Shown here: positions 1-9,136 of the stretch, in pieces
How the letters are laid out: each line of letters starts with the position of its first letter
Position numbering within the stretch: the first letter of the stretch is position 1
IMG/VR virus record: IMGVR_UViG_3300047650_000023
Direction: 5' to 3' (one strand)
Length of the DNA stretch: 64,000 nucleotides
Source: a virus
Made by a program: the position numbers and the translations under genes
The notes under the pieces: model-generated
The model's input: the letters and a program-made list of their open reading frames with translations, nothing else
Told to the model about the DNA's origin: nothing
Database searches by the model: none

Positions 1-31
1 TTTATCTATTCCAGAAAATTTTACTGTAGAA

Positions 32-601
32 ATGTCAAGTGAATTTCCTGTAAATTTTGAAGGTGAAATTATTGATTTAACAAATACAGTATCTAATACT
101 TTATATAGAGTTTATTATGCAATTGATAGAATAACTTTAATAAATTCAACAAATTCATTTACTATAGGAACTAATAATGAATATATATATCCTTTGAATT
201 TTGAAGATGTATCTAATATACAATTAGCTTTTAATGGTTTATCTAATGGTAATATCATTAATCCACAATTTGTTTGTACTGATGGAACTAGGACAAGTTT
301 ATTAACTATATTAGGTACAATAGGTCAAAATGATAGATTTGTATGGGATGGTAGTATTGGATATATAAATAATATACCTGTTTCCACAACTGGAAATTTA
401 CAAGCATATAAGAATGGAATTTTTACTATTCAAAATACTAAGATTATTCCGAATTTAGAATTAACTTATCAAATGAGTTCAGGTCACATGTTTTATGTTA
501 TTGATAATAATACATATAATATACCTTTTGCTTTACAAGCAAATATTTCATATAAATTTGGATTATTGCCTACCAATTTGTACATAAAGGAGTTGAGTTA
601 A
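32..601 (+). CDS. Phage tail-module protein, 3' part (frame open to the left window edge)
   Basis: No stop between base 2 and the ORF-track ATG; N/T/S/G-rich beta-type composition; co-directional with tail genes. Confidence 0.55.
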   Translation: MSSEFPVNFEGEIIDLTNTVSNTLYRVYYAIDRITLINSTNSFTIGTNNEYIYPLNFEDVSNIQLAFNGLSNGNIINPQFVCTDGTRTSLLTILGTIGQNDRFVWDGSIGYINNIPVSTTGNLQAYKNGIFTIQNTKIIPNLELTYQMSSGHMFYVIDNNTYNIPFALQANISYKFGLLPTNLYIKELS

Positions 602-1549
602 TTGTATTTATCAGGAATTATTTTAGGTAGTTCTAATTTTAATGGATATCCTCCATCAATTACAATTATTCCTTCTTATAATAAAATAACTGTATTTGGT
701 CAACAAACTATTAATTATATAAAAGTTTATAATCGAGTTTTACAAATAAATGAATTGGATAGTGTTACATTAAGTACAATTCCAGAATGGGATATAAACA
801 CGGTTGCTTTAGCAACATTTAATAATAGTATTGATGCTGGAACTATTAGTAATTTATCAGATCCTATTACACAAGTTAATATACAAAGACTTGATTCTAA
901 TGAAAGTGTAGCTACAAATTTGGGAACCGTACCAGTAAATTCATCAACTTTTTATAATAATCTCATTCCATATTTTGAAGATTTAACTGTTGCAACAAAT
1001 AGAAATTATATATATTATGTCACACCTATGACAGCTACTACAAGTGGTAGTATTTTGACTAGTGATCCTATTGATGTAGATTTTTATAATTGGAGTTTAA
1101 CGGATAGTGTAACTGGTGATGTTTTTATATTTGATTTAGATATTAAAAGTGGCGAATTAGACCAACAAACAGATCATACTGAGTACCCCACTTTTAATTC
1201 ATATAATAAAATGCAATTTGGAGAGAGATCATTCATAAAAGGAAGTTTAACTTGTACAGCAGGAAGTATAACTGATTTAGGTGGGTATACTTGCACAGCA
1301 GATTTTATAGATAATCTTAAAAGTGTAATTTCAAATTCAAATTTAAAGTATATCAAATCTCGAAAAGGCGATTTTTGGGTATGTGTAAGTTATGATTTTA
1401 AATGTCAATATACTGATGAGTCTTCATTACAACCAGCCCAAATAACGTTCTCTTTTCAAGAAGTGGAAAATATAAATCAACCGATATTACAAACTTCTAA
1501 TAATGTAAGTATAACAGTAAGTGGAAACAGTCAGTGGGGATATTTTTAA
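602..1549 (+). CDS. Phage tail protein (distal-tail/Dit-like C-terminal region)
   Basis: TTG start abutting upstream stop; C-terminal 'KGSLTCTAGSI...LKYIKSRKGDFW...QITFSFQEV' resembles large-siphophage tail components; family recalled, not searched. Confidence 0.55.
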   Translation: MYLSGIILGSSNFNGYPPSITIIPSYNKITVFGQQTINYIKVYNRVLQINELDSVTLSTIPEWDINTVALATFNNSIDAGTISNLSDPITQVNIQRLDSNESVATNLGTVPVNSSTFYNNLIPYFEDLTVATNRNYIYYVTPMTATTSGSILTSDPIDVDFYNWSLTDSVTGDVFIFDLDIKSGELDQQTDHTEYPTFNSYNKMQFGERSFIKGSLTCTAGSITDLGGYTCTADFIDNLKSVISNSNLKYIKSRKGDFWVCVSYDFKCQYTDESSLQPAQITFSFQEVENINQPILQTSNNVSITVSGNSQWGYF

Positions 1550-1598
1550 ATAATAATTTAATGAATATAGAATAATTACAAGGAGGTGATAATCTCTA

Positions 1599-3122
1599 TT
1601 GGCAACATATTTTAATAAAATAACAACTGATTATTTAAATGCAATAGAAAGTCCTATTGTTCAAGGAATTTTTCGTGTTGATCTCCTAAATTCATCAGAC
1701 GAGTCATTTTATAAAACAATTACAAATAGTGCTGTAAATAACAATGGAACTTTAACTACAAACTGGAATAATGGTTTACGAAGGACATTCACTTTAGACC
1801 TCGTAAATGAGGATAATTCATATCTTTTTAATCCAAATAGTAACACTGGATTATGGTTAGATTCAAAAATGAAGGTCTATAATGGCATACAAGTTAATGA
1901 TGATCAATATTATTTTTCTCAAGGAGTTTTTCTCTTAAATGCACCAGCAGTAATATCACAGTTTAGTGACAGACGTATTACAATAAATGGAAGTGACAAG
2001 TACTGTTTACTGGATGGTTCTAATGGTGCAGGATATTTATCACAAGACACGGAGATACCGTTAGGTACTATTTTTTATGAAGCGATCAAATTAATCTTAC
2101 AATTATCAAACGATCCTATTTCTCCAGTAATTTCAGAAACATATTTTAATCAAGTTATTCCTTGCAATATAATTGTCAACGCAGGAGGGAAAATTTCTGA
2201 TCTACTTGACCAAGTGTGTCAGTGTTTTTCTTGTAATTATGGATACTCAACGGACGGAATACTGACGATCAGCGATGGGAGTCAGGATTTAGACGATTCA
2301 CTCAAACCATCTGAATTTGACTTTTCAACGATCAGTAATGTATATGGTGGTACAAATAGTTCTGGAAATGTATTTAACACAAGTCAAATTTATAATATTG
2401 TGAGTGTCATTGGAAACAATGTAAATGGGCAGACCACATCTACGGCAATAGTGGCTTCACATATAATTACATATAACCTTTCAAATATTGTGGGATATTT
2501 TGATCCAACAAATGGAGAATTAATTTCAAATTTTATTTTAGGCGGTACAAACGTATCTGACTTAGGTCATATTACAAGTATTGCGTTATTAAATTCTAAT
2601 TCAACGGCACAAATCACAATCAGTGGAACAATTGGTGCAATAACACAAAACTATACTATCGCACCATTACAGGCTGCTTTAGGAACAGGATATACAGCAC
2701 CCACAGCGATACAAATTAATGTGTTTGAAAATCCCGAAGATGCTACAACGATAACAACAAATGGTATTACTGCTTCAGCTATTGCAACAAATGATGATCT
2801 TACCAGTCCATTATGTGTACAACGAATTGGAGAGAGAGTAGCTCCATTAGTACAAGACCAAAACATATCCACAAATGCTTTAGCACAGCAACGTGCGGCA
2901 TATGAGTTGAAAAAGTATACTATAGCACAGACTACCTTTAACTTCACATCAAGTTTTGTACCACACTTACAAGAAAATCAGGTCGTGACGATTTCTGATC
3001 CTTTTTTAGATTATAGTCAGCAAAGAGTCTTACTTACACAGATACAATTCGACCTTAACACTGCAGGAAATGTTACATATCAAGGAAGTAATACTAACGA
3101 ATTAGATTTTTCAATAACGTAA
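1599..3122 (+). CDS. Phage tail/baseplate hub-like protein
   Basis: RBS AGGAGGTG; 'GLRRTFTLDL...YFSQGVF...ITINGSDKYCLLDG' and C-terminal 'AQQRAAYELKK...VPHLQENQVVTI' typical of tail hub proteins. Confidence 0.6.
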   Translation: MATYFNKITTDYLNAIESPIVQGIFRVDLLNSSDESFYKTITNSAVNNNGTLTTNWNNGLRRTFTLDLVNEDNSYLFNPNSNTGLWLDSKMKVYNGIQVNDDQYYFSQGVFLLNAPAVISQFSDRRITINGSDKYCLLDGSNGAGYLSQDTEIPLGTIFYEAIKLILQLSNDPISPVISETYFNQVIPCNIIVNAGGKISDLLDQVCQCFSCNYGYSTDGILTISDGSQDLDDSLKPSEFDFSTISNVYGGTNSSGNVFNTSQIYNIVSVIGNNVNGQTTSTAIVASHIITYNLSNIVGYFDPTNGELISNFILGGTNVSDLGHITSIALLNSNSTAQITISGTIGAITQNYTIAPLQAALGTGYTAPTAIQINVFENPEDATTITTNGITASAIATNDDLTSPLCVQRIGERVAPLVQDQNISTNALAQQRAAYELKKYTIAQTTFNFTSSFVPHLQENQVVTISDPFLDYSQQRVLLTQIQFDLNTAGNVTYQGSNTNELDFSIT

Positions 3123-3178
3123 GTTAGATAAATAAATTAAATTATTATTAACGAGCAAATAATATTAAAGGAATTGAA

Positions 3179-3526
3179 GTGATACATAAAAATATGGATT
3201 TAACTAAATTAAATCAGCTTGATGAGTCAATGAGTTTAGCAGATCAAAAAACGCTTTTATTAACTATTCAGAAGATAGTCCGAGAAGAAATAAACAATGC
3301 TCCTAACATATTGCGAGGATATCCTGCAATTGTAGTGGCTGTTAATAACAATGGATTGAGTATAGATGTTCAACGAGTTGGTAGCACAGTAACACTTCAT
3401 GGGTTTAAAAATCCATATAAGTTTACATTAATTGTTGGTCAATTGGTTTATTTGTGTGCGTTGAATTGTAGTTCAAACAATAATAGTGGAAATCTAACAA
3501 ATGCTTTTATACTTGTAAAACCATAA
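3179..3526 (+). CDS. Small tail-module protein (possible spike/OB-fold-like)
   Basis: Position after hub gene; 'PAIVVAVNNNGLSIDVQ...LIVGQLVYL' pattern. Confidence 0.4.
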   Translation: MIHKNMDLTKLNQLDESMSLADQKTLLLTIQKIVREEINNAPNILRGYPAIVVAVNNNGLSIDVQRVGSTVTLHGFKNPYKFTLIVGQLVYLCALNCSSNNNSGNLTNAFILVKP

Positions 3527-3589
3527 ATATAAAAATAAAACAATCAAAAGATACAGCAAAAATTAAATATAGAAAGGAAAGGTGATTTA

Positions 3590-4660
3590 ATGTCAGAAAC
3601 AAAATATGATTTAATAACTACATACAGTGCTGATTATACTGAATATCAAACATTATTCAATTTATATTTAGCAGGTACAATATCAACTACTGGTGTATTA
3701 AGTTGGACATCTACATCAAGTGGAAATGTTTATTCGACTACTACTGGTGGACAAACAGCGGTAATGCAACAAATTAAATCAACAATTCATAACTATTTAT
3801 GGACTGCAAGCGATGCTAATTCGATTGCTTCATCTACGCAACTTGGTAATATTATGATCGGTAGTGGATTATCCATTGATAGTTATGGACATTTAAGTAC
3901 CAGTAATACGACTAATCCTAATTATGGAGTTGACACAGGAACAGTAAATACATATGTTATAACGTTTAATCCTGTACCTACATCTTATGTAGATGGTATG
4001 TTAGTTGCAATAAAAATATCACATACGAGTACAGGAGCATCAACATTAAATGTTAATGGACTTGGTGCTAAAACAATATCAGATAGTTATGGTAATGTAA
4101 TTGTTTCAGGGGAATTAATAGCAGGAATAATATATTCAATGCGCTATAACGCTACCACAGGGGATTTTATATTACAAAGTGGAGGAAGTAGTAATTCTGT
4201 ATTAAATCCAGTTTGGGATGCTATTAATTTAACTGTAGGTTCAGGGACACTTACAACAGACAGCCTTTGTTGGTTGGGTAGTAATATTCAATATACACAA
4301 CCCGCATCTAGTATGGCATTAGTTACAGTAGCAAGTGTTTCCTATAATTTACTTCGTTATGGTCAATATTCTGTTGGATTTAGACTTAAAAGCAGTAATA
4401 TAACATCTGCTACTGCTGTAACTACATTAAAAGTATTAAATAGTAGTGGAAATGTTGTAAATAGTGTTGGGATTTTAGGAACGAACTTTGCTATTGTGGG
4501 TGCAAATGTTTATAATACATTTTATTTACCGTTTAATAATTCAGGTCAATCTACTGGAAATGTATTTACATTTGAATTCACATCGGAGGCTGTTGCAAGT
4601 ACATTAATTGCAATAGATTCTATTATAGTTGCTCCTATGCAATTAGCACAATATGGATAA
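3590..4660 (+). CDS. Tail fibre / receptor-binding protein
   Basis: 'ASSTQLGNIMIGSGLSIDSYGHLS' fibre repeat and 'DTGTVNTYVIT...GASTLNVNGLGAKTI' fibre domain; C-terminal beta-sandwich-like region. Confidence 0.7.
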   Translation: MSETKYDLITTYSADYTEYQTLFNLYLAGTISTTGVLSWTSTSSGNVYSTTTGGQTAVMQQIKSTIHNYLWTASDANSIASSTQLGNIMIGSGLSIDSYGHLSTSNTTNPNYGVDTGTVNTYVITFNPVPTSYVDGMLVAIKISHTSTGASTLNVNGLGAKTISDSYGNVIVSGELIAGIIYSMRYNATTGDFILQSGGSSNSVLNPVWDAINLTVGSGTLTTDSLCWLGSNIQYTQPASSMALVTVASVSYNLLRYGQYSVGFRLKSSNITSATAVTTLKVLNSSGNVVNSVGILGTNFAIVGANVYNTFYLPFNNSGQSTGNVFTFEFTSEAVASTLIAIDSIIVAPMQLAQYG

Positions 4661-4692
4661 TATTTAAATAAACTTAGATAGGAGAAAATATA

Positions 4693-6000
4693 TTGATACC
4701 TAAAAATGGATTATATTTATCATCTGCCGATTATGAATCGTGGCAAGATTATTTTAGTGGAATAGCAGATAAAGATTACATAAAACCAAGTTGTAATGGA
4801 TGCTGTTCTGACCCTGATTTGAAAGTCAAAAATATAACTTTTGTTGTTACTGAGAGGTGTAACCTTTGTTGCACCTACTGTTACGAGGTTCATAAATCTG
4901 GTGCGGTAATGAGTAAACAGGTTGCTAAAGATGCTGTTGATTTTCTTTTTAATAAAGAAAAAGTTAATGGTTATTATAGTGATGAAATTTCACCTGCTGT
5001 AATATTAGAGTTTATTGGTGGAGAACCATTACTTGAAATTGATTTGATTAATTATATAGTAGAATATTTTAAGTTTAAATCTTTTGAAGCAGGAAGTGCG
5101 TGGGCAACAAATTATGTAATTAGTATTACAACAAATGGTATTTTATACAAAAGAAAAAATGTTCAAGATTTTTTAAAACGTAATAAAGGACATATAAGTA
5201 TAGGTTTAACTATAGATGGGAATAAAGAGTTACATGATTCATGTCGAATTTTTCCTGATGGTAGTGGAAGTTATGATATAGTTGAATCAGCCGCAAAAGA
5301 GTGGATAAAATTTAATAATCATCCACAAACAAAAATAACTTTATCTCCGTATAATATTTCTTATGTTAATGATGCTTTAAAAAACGTATGGAATATCGGA
5401 ATAACAGGAGCATTTACTAATTGTGTTTATGAAGAAGGTTGGACAATAGAACATGCTAAAATATTTTATTCAGAATTAATTAAATTAGCAGATTATCTTT
5501 TAGAGAACGAAAATTATTCTAAATATTACACTTCTTTATTTGATGAATCTATAGGAAAACCACTTACAGAAGATAGAAACTGGTGTGGCGGCAATGGCAA
5601 AATGTTAGCTATAGGTACAGATGGTAGATGCTTTCCATGTATTAGATTTATGAAATATTCATTAAATACACCTAATCGTAAAGAAAAGTGTATAGGAAAT
5701 ATTTATAATGGTCTTGAAAGTAAAACTAAAAATGTATGGTTATGTGAGTTAAAAAAAGTAACAATGTCAAGTCAGTCAAATGATAAATGTAATAATTGTC
5801 AAATAGCTTCTGGATGTTCTTTATGTACTGGTTATAATTATGATAAATTTGGTACTCCGAATAAAAGAGCAACATTTATTTGTGATATGCATGTTGCCAG
5901 AGTAAAAGCTAATGTTTATTATTGGAATAGATTATATAAATTATTAGATATCAATAAAGTTTTTATAGATAATATTCCCATGAATTGTGAGGTGATATAA
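4693..6000 (+). CDS. Radical SAM/SPASM peptide maturase, CXXX-repeat target type (TIGR04115-like)
   Basis: CxxxCxxC motif 'CNLCCTYC', 'EFIGGEPLL', SPASM cysteines 'WCGG...CFPC...CNNC...GCSLC...IC'; directly followed by Cys-repeat ORF. Confidence 0.9.
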   Translation: MIPKNGLYLSSADYESWQDYFSGIADKDYIKPSCNGCCSDPDLKVKNITFVVTERCNLCCTYCYEVHKSGAVMSKQVAKDAVDFLFNKEKVNGYYSDEISPAVILEFIGGEPLLEIDLINYIVEYFKFKSFEAGSAWATNYVISITTNGILYKRKNVQDFLKRNKGHISIGLTIDGNKELHDSCRIFPDGSGSYDIVESAAKEWIKFNNHPQTKITLSPYNISYVNDALKNVWNIGITGAFTNCVYEEGWTIEHAKIFYSELIKLADYLLENENYSKYYTSLFDESIGKPLTEDRNWCGGNGKMLAIGTDGRCFPCIRFMKYSLNTPNRKEKCIGNIYNGLESKTKNVWLCELKKVTMSSQSNDKCNNCQIASGCSLCTGYNYDKFGTPNKRATFICDMHVARVKANVYYWNRLYKLLDINKVFIDNIPMNCEVI

Positions 6001-6001
6001 T

Positions 6002-6586
6002 ATGGCATGCACAAGTTGTGATGGTGTTTGTACTGGATGTACTGCTGGTTGTCAAGGAAGTTGTGAAAAAACTTGTAATGGTTGTAGCGGAGGTTGTACT
6101 GGATGTTATGGTTCTTGTACTGGTTCTTGTACTAATGGTTGTAATACTAGTTGTACTGGTAGTTGTAAAGGAAGTTGCAACAATGCTTGCACTGGTTCTT
6201 GTGGTAGTTGTACTGGTACTTGTACTGGATATTGCGACAATGCTTGTACATCAGTTAATTCAGCGCAAACTATAGCTAATTTAGGATTAAATATTTTACA
6301 AAAAGGTATTGTTACAAATAATGATTTTCTAGATTTAAAAACTGTATTACGTAATGAATTTAGTAGACGTAGTATGACATTGCCTATTAATGATACATAT
6401 TCAGTAACTCCGGCTAATGGTGTAACAATTTATAAAGAAGAAGCTACAAAAATATTTGGTGATATTAATCAGATGAATAGTGCATTAAATTATTCTATAA
6501 ATGCATCGAATGTTATTTTAACTAGTGACATGAATGCAACTATTGCATATATTCAAACATTAATGAGTCAAAGCATAAGATCATAA
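6002..6586 (+). CDS. Cys-rich CxxC/CxxxC repeat protein, predicted radical SAM substrate, with Cys-free C-terminal domain
   Basis: 22 Cys in residues 3-82 (counted), Gly/Ser/Thr-rich spacers; ATG 1 nt after maturase stop. Confidence 0.85.
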   Translation: MACTSCDGVCTGCTAGCQGSCEKTCNGCSGGCTGCYGSCTGSCTNGCNTSCTGSCKGSCNNACTGSCGSCTGTCTGYCDNACTSVNSAQTIANLGLNILQKGIVTNNDFLDLKTVLRNEFSRRSMTLPINDTYSVTPANGVTIYKEEATKIFGDINQMNSALNYSINASNVILTSDMNATIAYIQTLMSQSIRS

Positions 6587-6622
6587 TAAAGGTATAAATA
6601 AAAAAAATAAAGGAGTGTTTTT

Positions 6623-7075
6623 ATGGATACAAATCAAACTGCAATATTAGCGGCATTATTAGCATTAAGCAACGAGGTAATAGTTAACAATATAAGCGAT
6701 CCTGAAATTCAAACAAATATTACAAGTATAAATAGTATTACTGCAACAGATAGTTCTTTTGTGCAACTAATTATTGATAACATTCGTAATATGATTGATA
6801 TTTCAACAGCAAGTAATCAGCCTATTTTAACAACAATCATTAATGGTTTAACTTCTATTACTATAAATGCACCAGCATTATTAGGTGTTTTAACTATGCG
6901 TAATCTTAATAATCCTCAAAGTATTGCTAATTACATAGATTCTGAAATTATAAGTAATATTAATGATTTTAATTATTATAGTGCTTTATCAAGATTAGCA
7001 ATATCGTTAGGAGATTCTAAAAGAATATCAGCAGTTTTGACAAAAATACAATCATTAACGACATCAGGTAGTTAA
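6623..7075 (+). CDS. Hypothetical helical protein in the radical SAM cassette
   Basis: RBS AAGGAG; 150 codons; coupled to next ORF. Confidence 0.6.
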   Translation: MDTNQTAILAALLALSNEVIVNNISDPEIQTNITSINSITATDSSFVQLIIDNIRNMIDISTASNQPILTTIINGLTSITINAPALLGVLTMRNLNNPQSIANYIDSEIISNINDFNYYSALSRLAISLGDSKRISAVLTKIQSLTTSGS

Positions 7076-7076
7076 T

Positions 7077-7475
7077 ATGGAGAAAATAGAATCAGAAAAG
7101 TTATTACAAGTGATAACAGAATTAATTGAAGATCAAAGAATTTTCATTGATTTTCCAATAGAAATATCTAATAAATTAGAATTATTGCAACTAAAAATTA
7201 ACTCATCTGAGTTGTTATTTACTGCTTACATTAATAATACTTCAGAATTAGCAAATGAATTTAATCTTGAAAAGTTTTTAACTTTTTATGCTAATTTAAC
7301 TAATGAAAAAGATTTTTTATTTAAAGATACTGCATTATCTATTATAGGAACAGAAATTTATAATTATTGTTTAGAGCAATCTAACAGAATTATATTTTTC
7401 TTAGATAATGATCTTAAAAAATTAATATTTAGGAAATTACCAAAGATAAATGAAGTATCTAATATATCTATATAA
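7077..7475 (+). CDS. Hypothetical protein, possible CXXX-system accessory protein
   Basis: ATG 1 nt after upstream stop; size and position fit accessory proteins of CXXX systems (inference). Confidence 0.55.
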   Translation: MEKIESEKLLQVITELIEDQRIFIDFPIEISNKLELLQLKINSSELLFTAYINNTSELANEFNLEKFLTFYANLTNEKDFLFKDTALSIIGTEIYNYCLEQSNRIIFFLDNDLKKLIFRKLPKINEVSNISI

Positions 7476-7499
7476 TATCTATATAAAACATAATGGGAA

Positions 7500-7940
7500 G
7501 TGATGAAATTTATGAAAAGAATTTTAAAACATATTAGTCATTCGATAATATTGTTCACAGTTTTGGGACTAATTTACTATTTTTTAGAAGTCATATACAG
7601 GGGACATTCTCATTGGGAAATGCTTATAATTGGCGGTTTATGTGGGCTTAGTCTTTCATACCTAAATTCCTTTCTGTCGTGGAAAATGCCATTAGTAATT
7701 CAAGCTGTCCTTGGCATGTTAATTTGTTTGATTATAGAATTTACGAGTGGCTGTATTTGTAACCTCGCATTAAATTTAAATTTATGGAACTACAATGGCT
7801 TACCTTTTAACTTACTTGGACAGATACAATTATACTATGCTGGGATGTGGTATGTGCTTTCTATCGTAGGCATTATTTTGGATGATCATTTAAGACATTG
7901 GTTATTTGGTGAACCTATGGGAAAGTACATAATATTCTAA
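7500..7940 (+). CDS. Multi-pass membrane protein, putative ABC-transporter-permease-like (PF06541-like)
   Basis: 'LEVIYRGHSHWEMLIIGGLC...IIEFTSGCI...LWNYNGLPFNLLGQI' pattern; four hydrophobic stretches. Confidence 0.75.
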   Translation: MMKFMKRILKHISHSIILFTVLGLIYYFLEVIYRGHSHWEMLIIGGLCGLSLSYLNSFLSWKMPLVIQAVLGMLICLIIEFTSGCICNLALNLNLWNYNGLPFNLLGQIQLYYAGMWYVLSIVGIILDDHLRHWLFGEPMGKYIIF

Positions 7941-8089
7941 AATATAATAGAATGATGGTTTGATGGGGACTATTGGAGATTATATCTCTTGTTTTCTCTA
8001 TAATGCTTTAGTATGCTCTGTTTTAAATGTGAACAAAATATGAATAAAATTAGGAAATCAGAAACAAATTAAATATTTTAATGTAATTG

Positions 8090-8118
8090 AGAGAATCTAT
8101 TAATTTAGGTTCTCTTTT
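8090..8118 (+). terminator. Intrinsic terminator after tail/radical SAM operon
   Basis: agagaatct / aggttctct stem (one G-U) followed by tttt. Confidence 0.55.
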
Positions 8119-8234
8119 ATTATATGTAAGGAACGTCTTGTATGTAGACAAGCTACATACGCTTTTGCTTATGCCTGAAGGCAACGCAACACTATAAATA
8201 TGAAATAAATAAGAATGTATACGAAGGTGAATAA

Positions 8235-8426
8235 ATGTCAGAAGATGTTTTTGTATGTAAGAGTAGTATTCTTACAGCGTTTTTAATTCGTAATAAATGT
8301 AATTGTTTTAAAGTAGACCTAGATAATAAAAATTCAGATTATTTAATCCATTTGTTTGATAGAGATGAAAATTTAAAATCAGCTATGGATAAATGGCAAA
8401 CTAGATTCTTTAGAACAATTCAATAG
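8235..8426 (+). CDS. Small phage protein (DUF5659-like)
   Basis: RBS GAAGGTG; 63 aa; similar pattern to 10897-11088. Confidence 0.55.
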   Translation: MSEDVFVCKSSILTAFLIRNKCNCFKVDLDNKNSDYLIHLFDRDENLKSAMDKWQTRFFRTIQ

Positions 8427-8450
8427 AGAAAGGTTGTAGGTGATTTTATA

Positions 8451-8983
8451 ATGTCAAAAGAAATAGAAACTGTAAAAATAGAAAATGGAGATTATCTAGT
8501 TATTGATAAAGAAACTGGAAGTGTAATAAATACTATCAACAAAGGAGATAGAGTTATTCATAAAGAACAGATTGAATATTGCAAAGAGTATGATAATAAT
8601 TTTGGGAAAGGTAGAAATTTTGTGAAACTATTTGATGATTTAGAAGATATGCTTACAAATAAACTAACTAATGCTGAAATTGTTTTTATACTTAAAATTC
8701 GTAAATTTGTTTCTTATAATGATGCTATTCTTCGTGATGATTTTGGTAAAGGTGAAGTTCTTACATATGACACAATTGCTGGAAAAACAAAAATGTCTTA
8801 TTCTGGTGCTAGAAAAATAATTGAATCATTAATGAAAAAGGTGTACTAGCAATAAGCAAAACTGGAACAAGAGACAATGGCAATCTACTTACAAAGACGA
8901 TTCATGCAAATCCTAATATCTTTATTAGAGGAAATAAAATGGCAAGGTCTACTTCTGATTTATTTAGAAATAGTGGTTGGTAA
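8451..8983 (+). pseudogene. RepL-like wHTH protein with a -1 frameshift at 8835-8840
   Basis: Frame 0 stops at 8849 (MKKVY*); the -1 frame from 8840 gives 'GVLAISKTG...HANPNIFIRGNK...DLFRNSGW*', a RepL-like C-terminus. Confidence 0.7.
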
Positions 8984-9053
8984 TATAGTAGTTTAATAAA
9001 GAATAAGAAGATAAATCCGTTAAAAAGTGATTATATACCTATGTTTGTGAGTA

Positions 9054-9109
9054 AAAAAGTGACCCAAATCGGGACACTTTTTCCTATATTAATGACCCAT
9101 TGTAGGTCA
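9054..9109. repeat. Two palindromic sites between the RepL-like genes
   Basis: aaaaagtgaccc-aaatc-gggacacttttt (11/12 symmetric) and tgaccc-attgt-aggtca; related gtccc-attt-gggac at 9870-9883. Confidence 0.7.
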
Positions 9110-9136
9110 CTTTTTTAAAAAATAAAGGAGAATTGT

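Noticed and set aside
6018-6275. Val/Leu-rich 85-aa ORF and repeat-like DNA (tgtactgg units)
   Set aside because: Alternate frame of the Cys-repeat gene; the periodicity follows TGT/ACT/GGT codons, so it is not a CRISPR array or separate gene.
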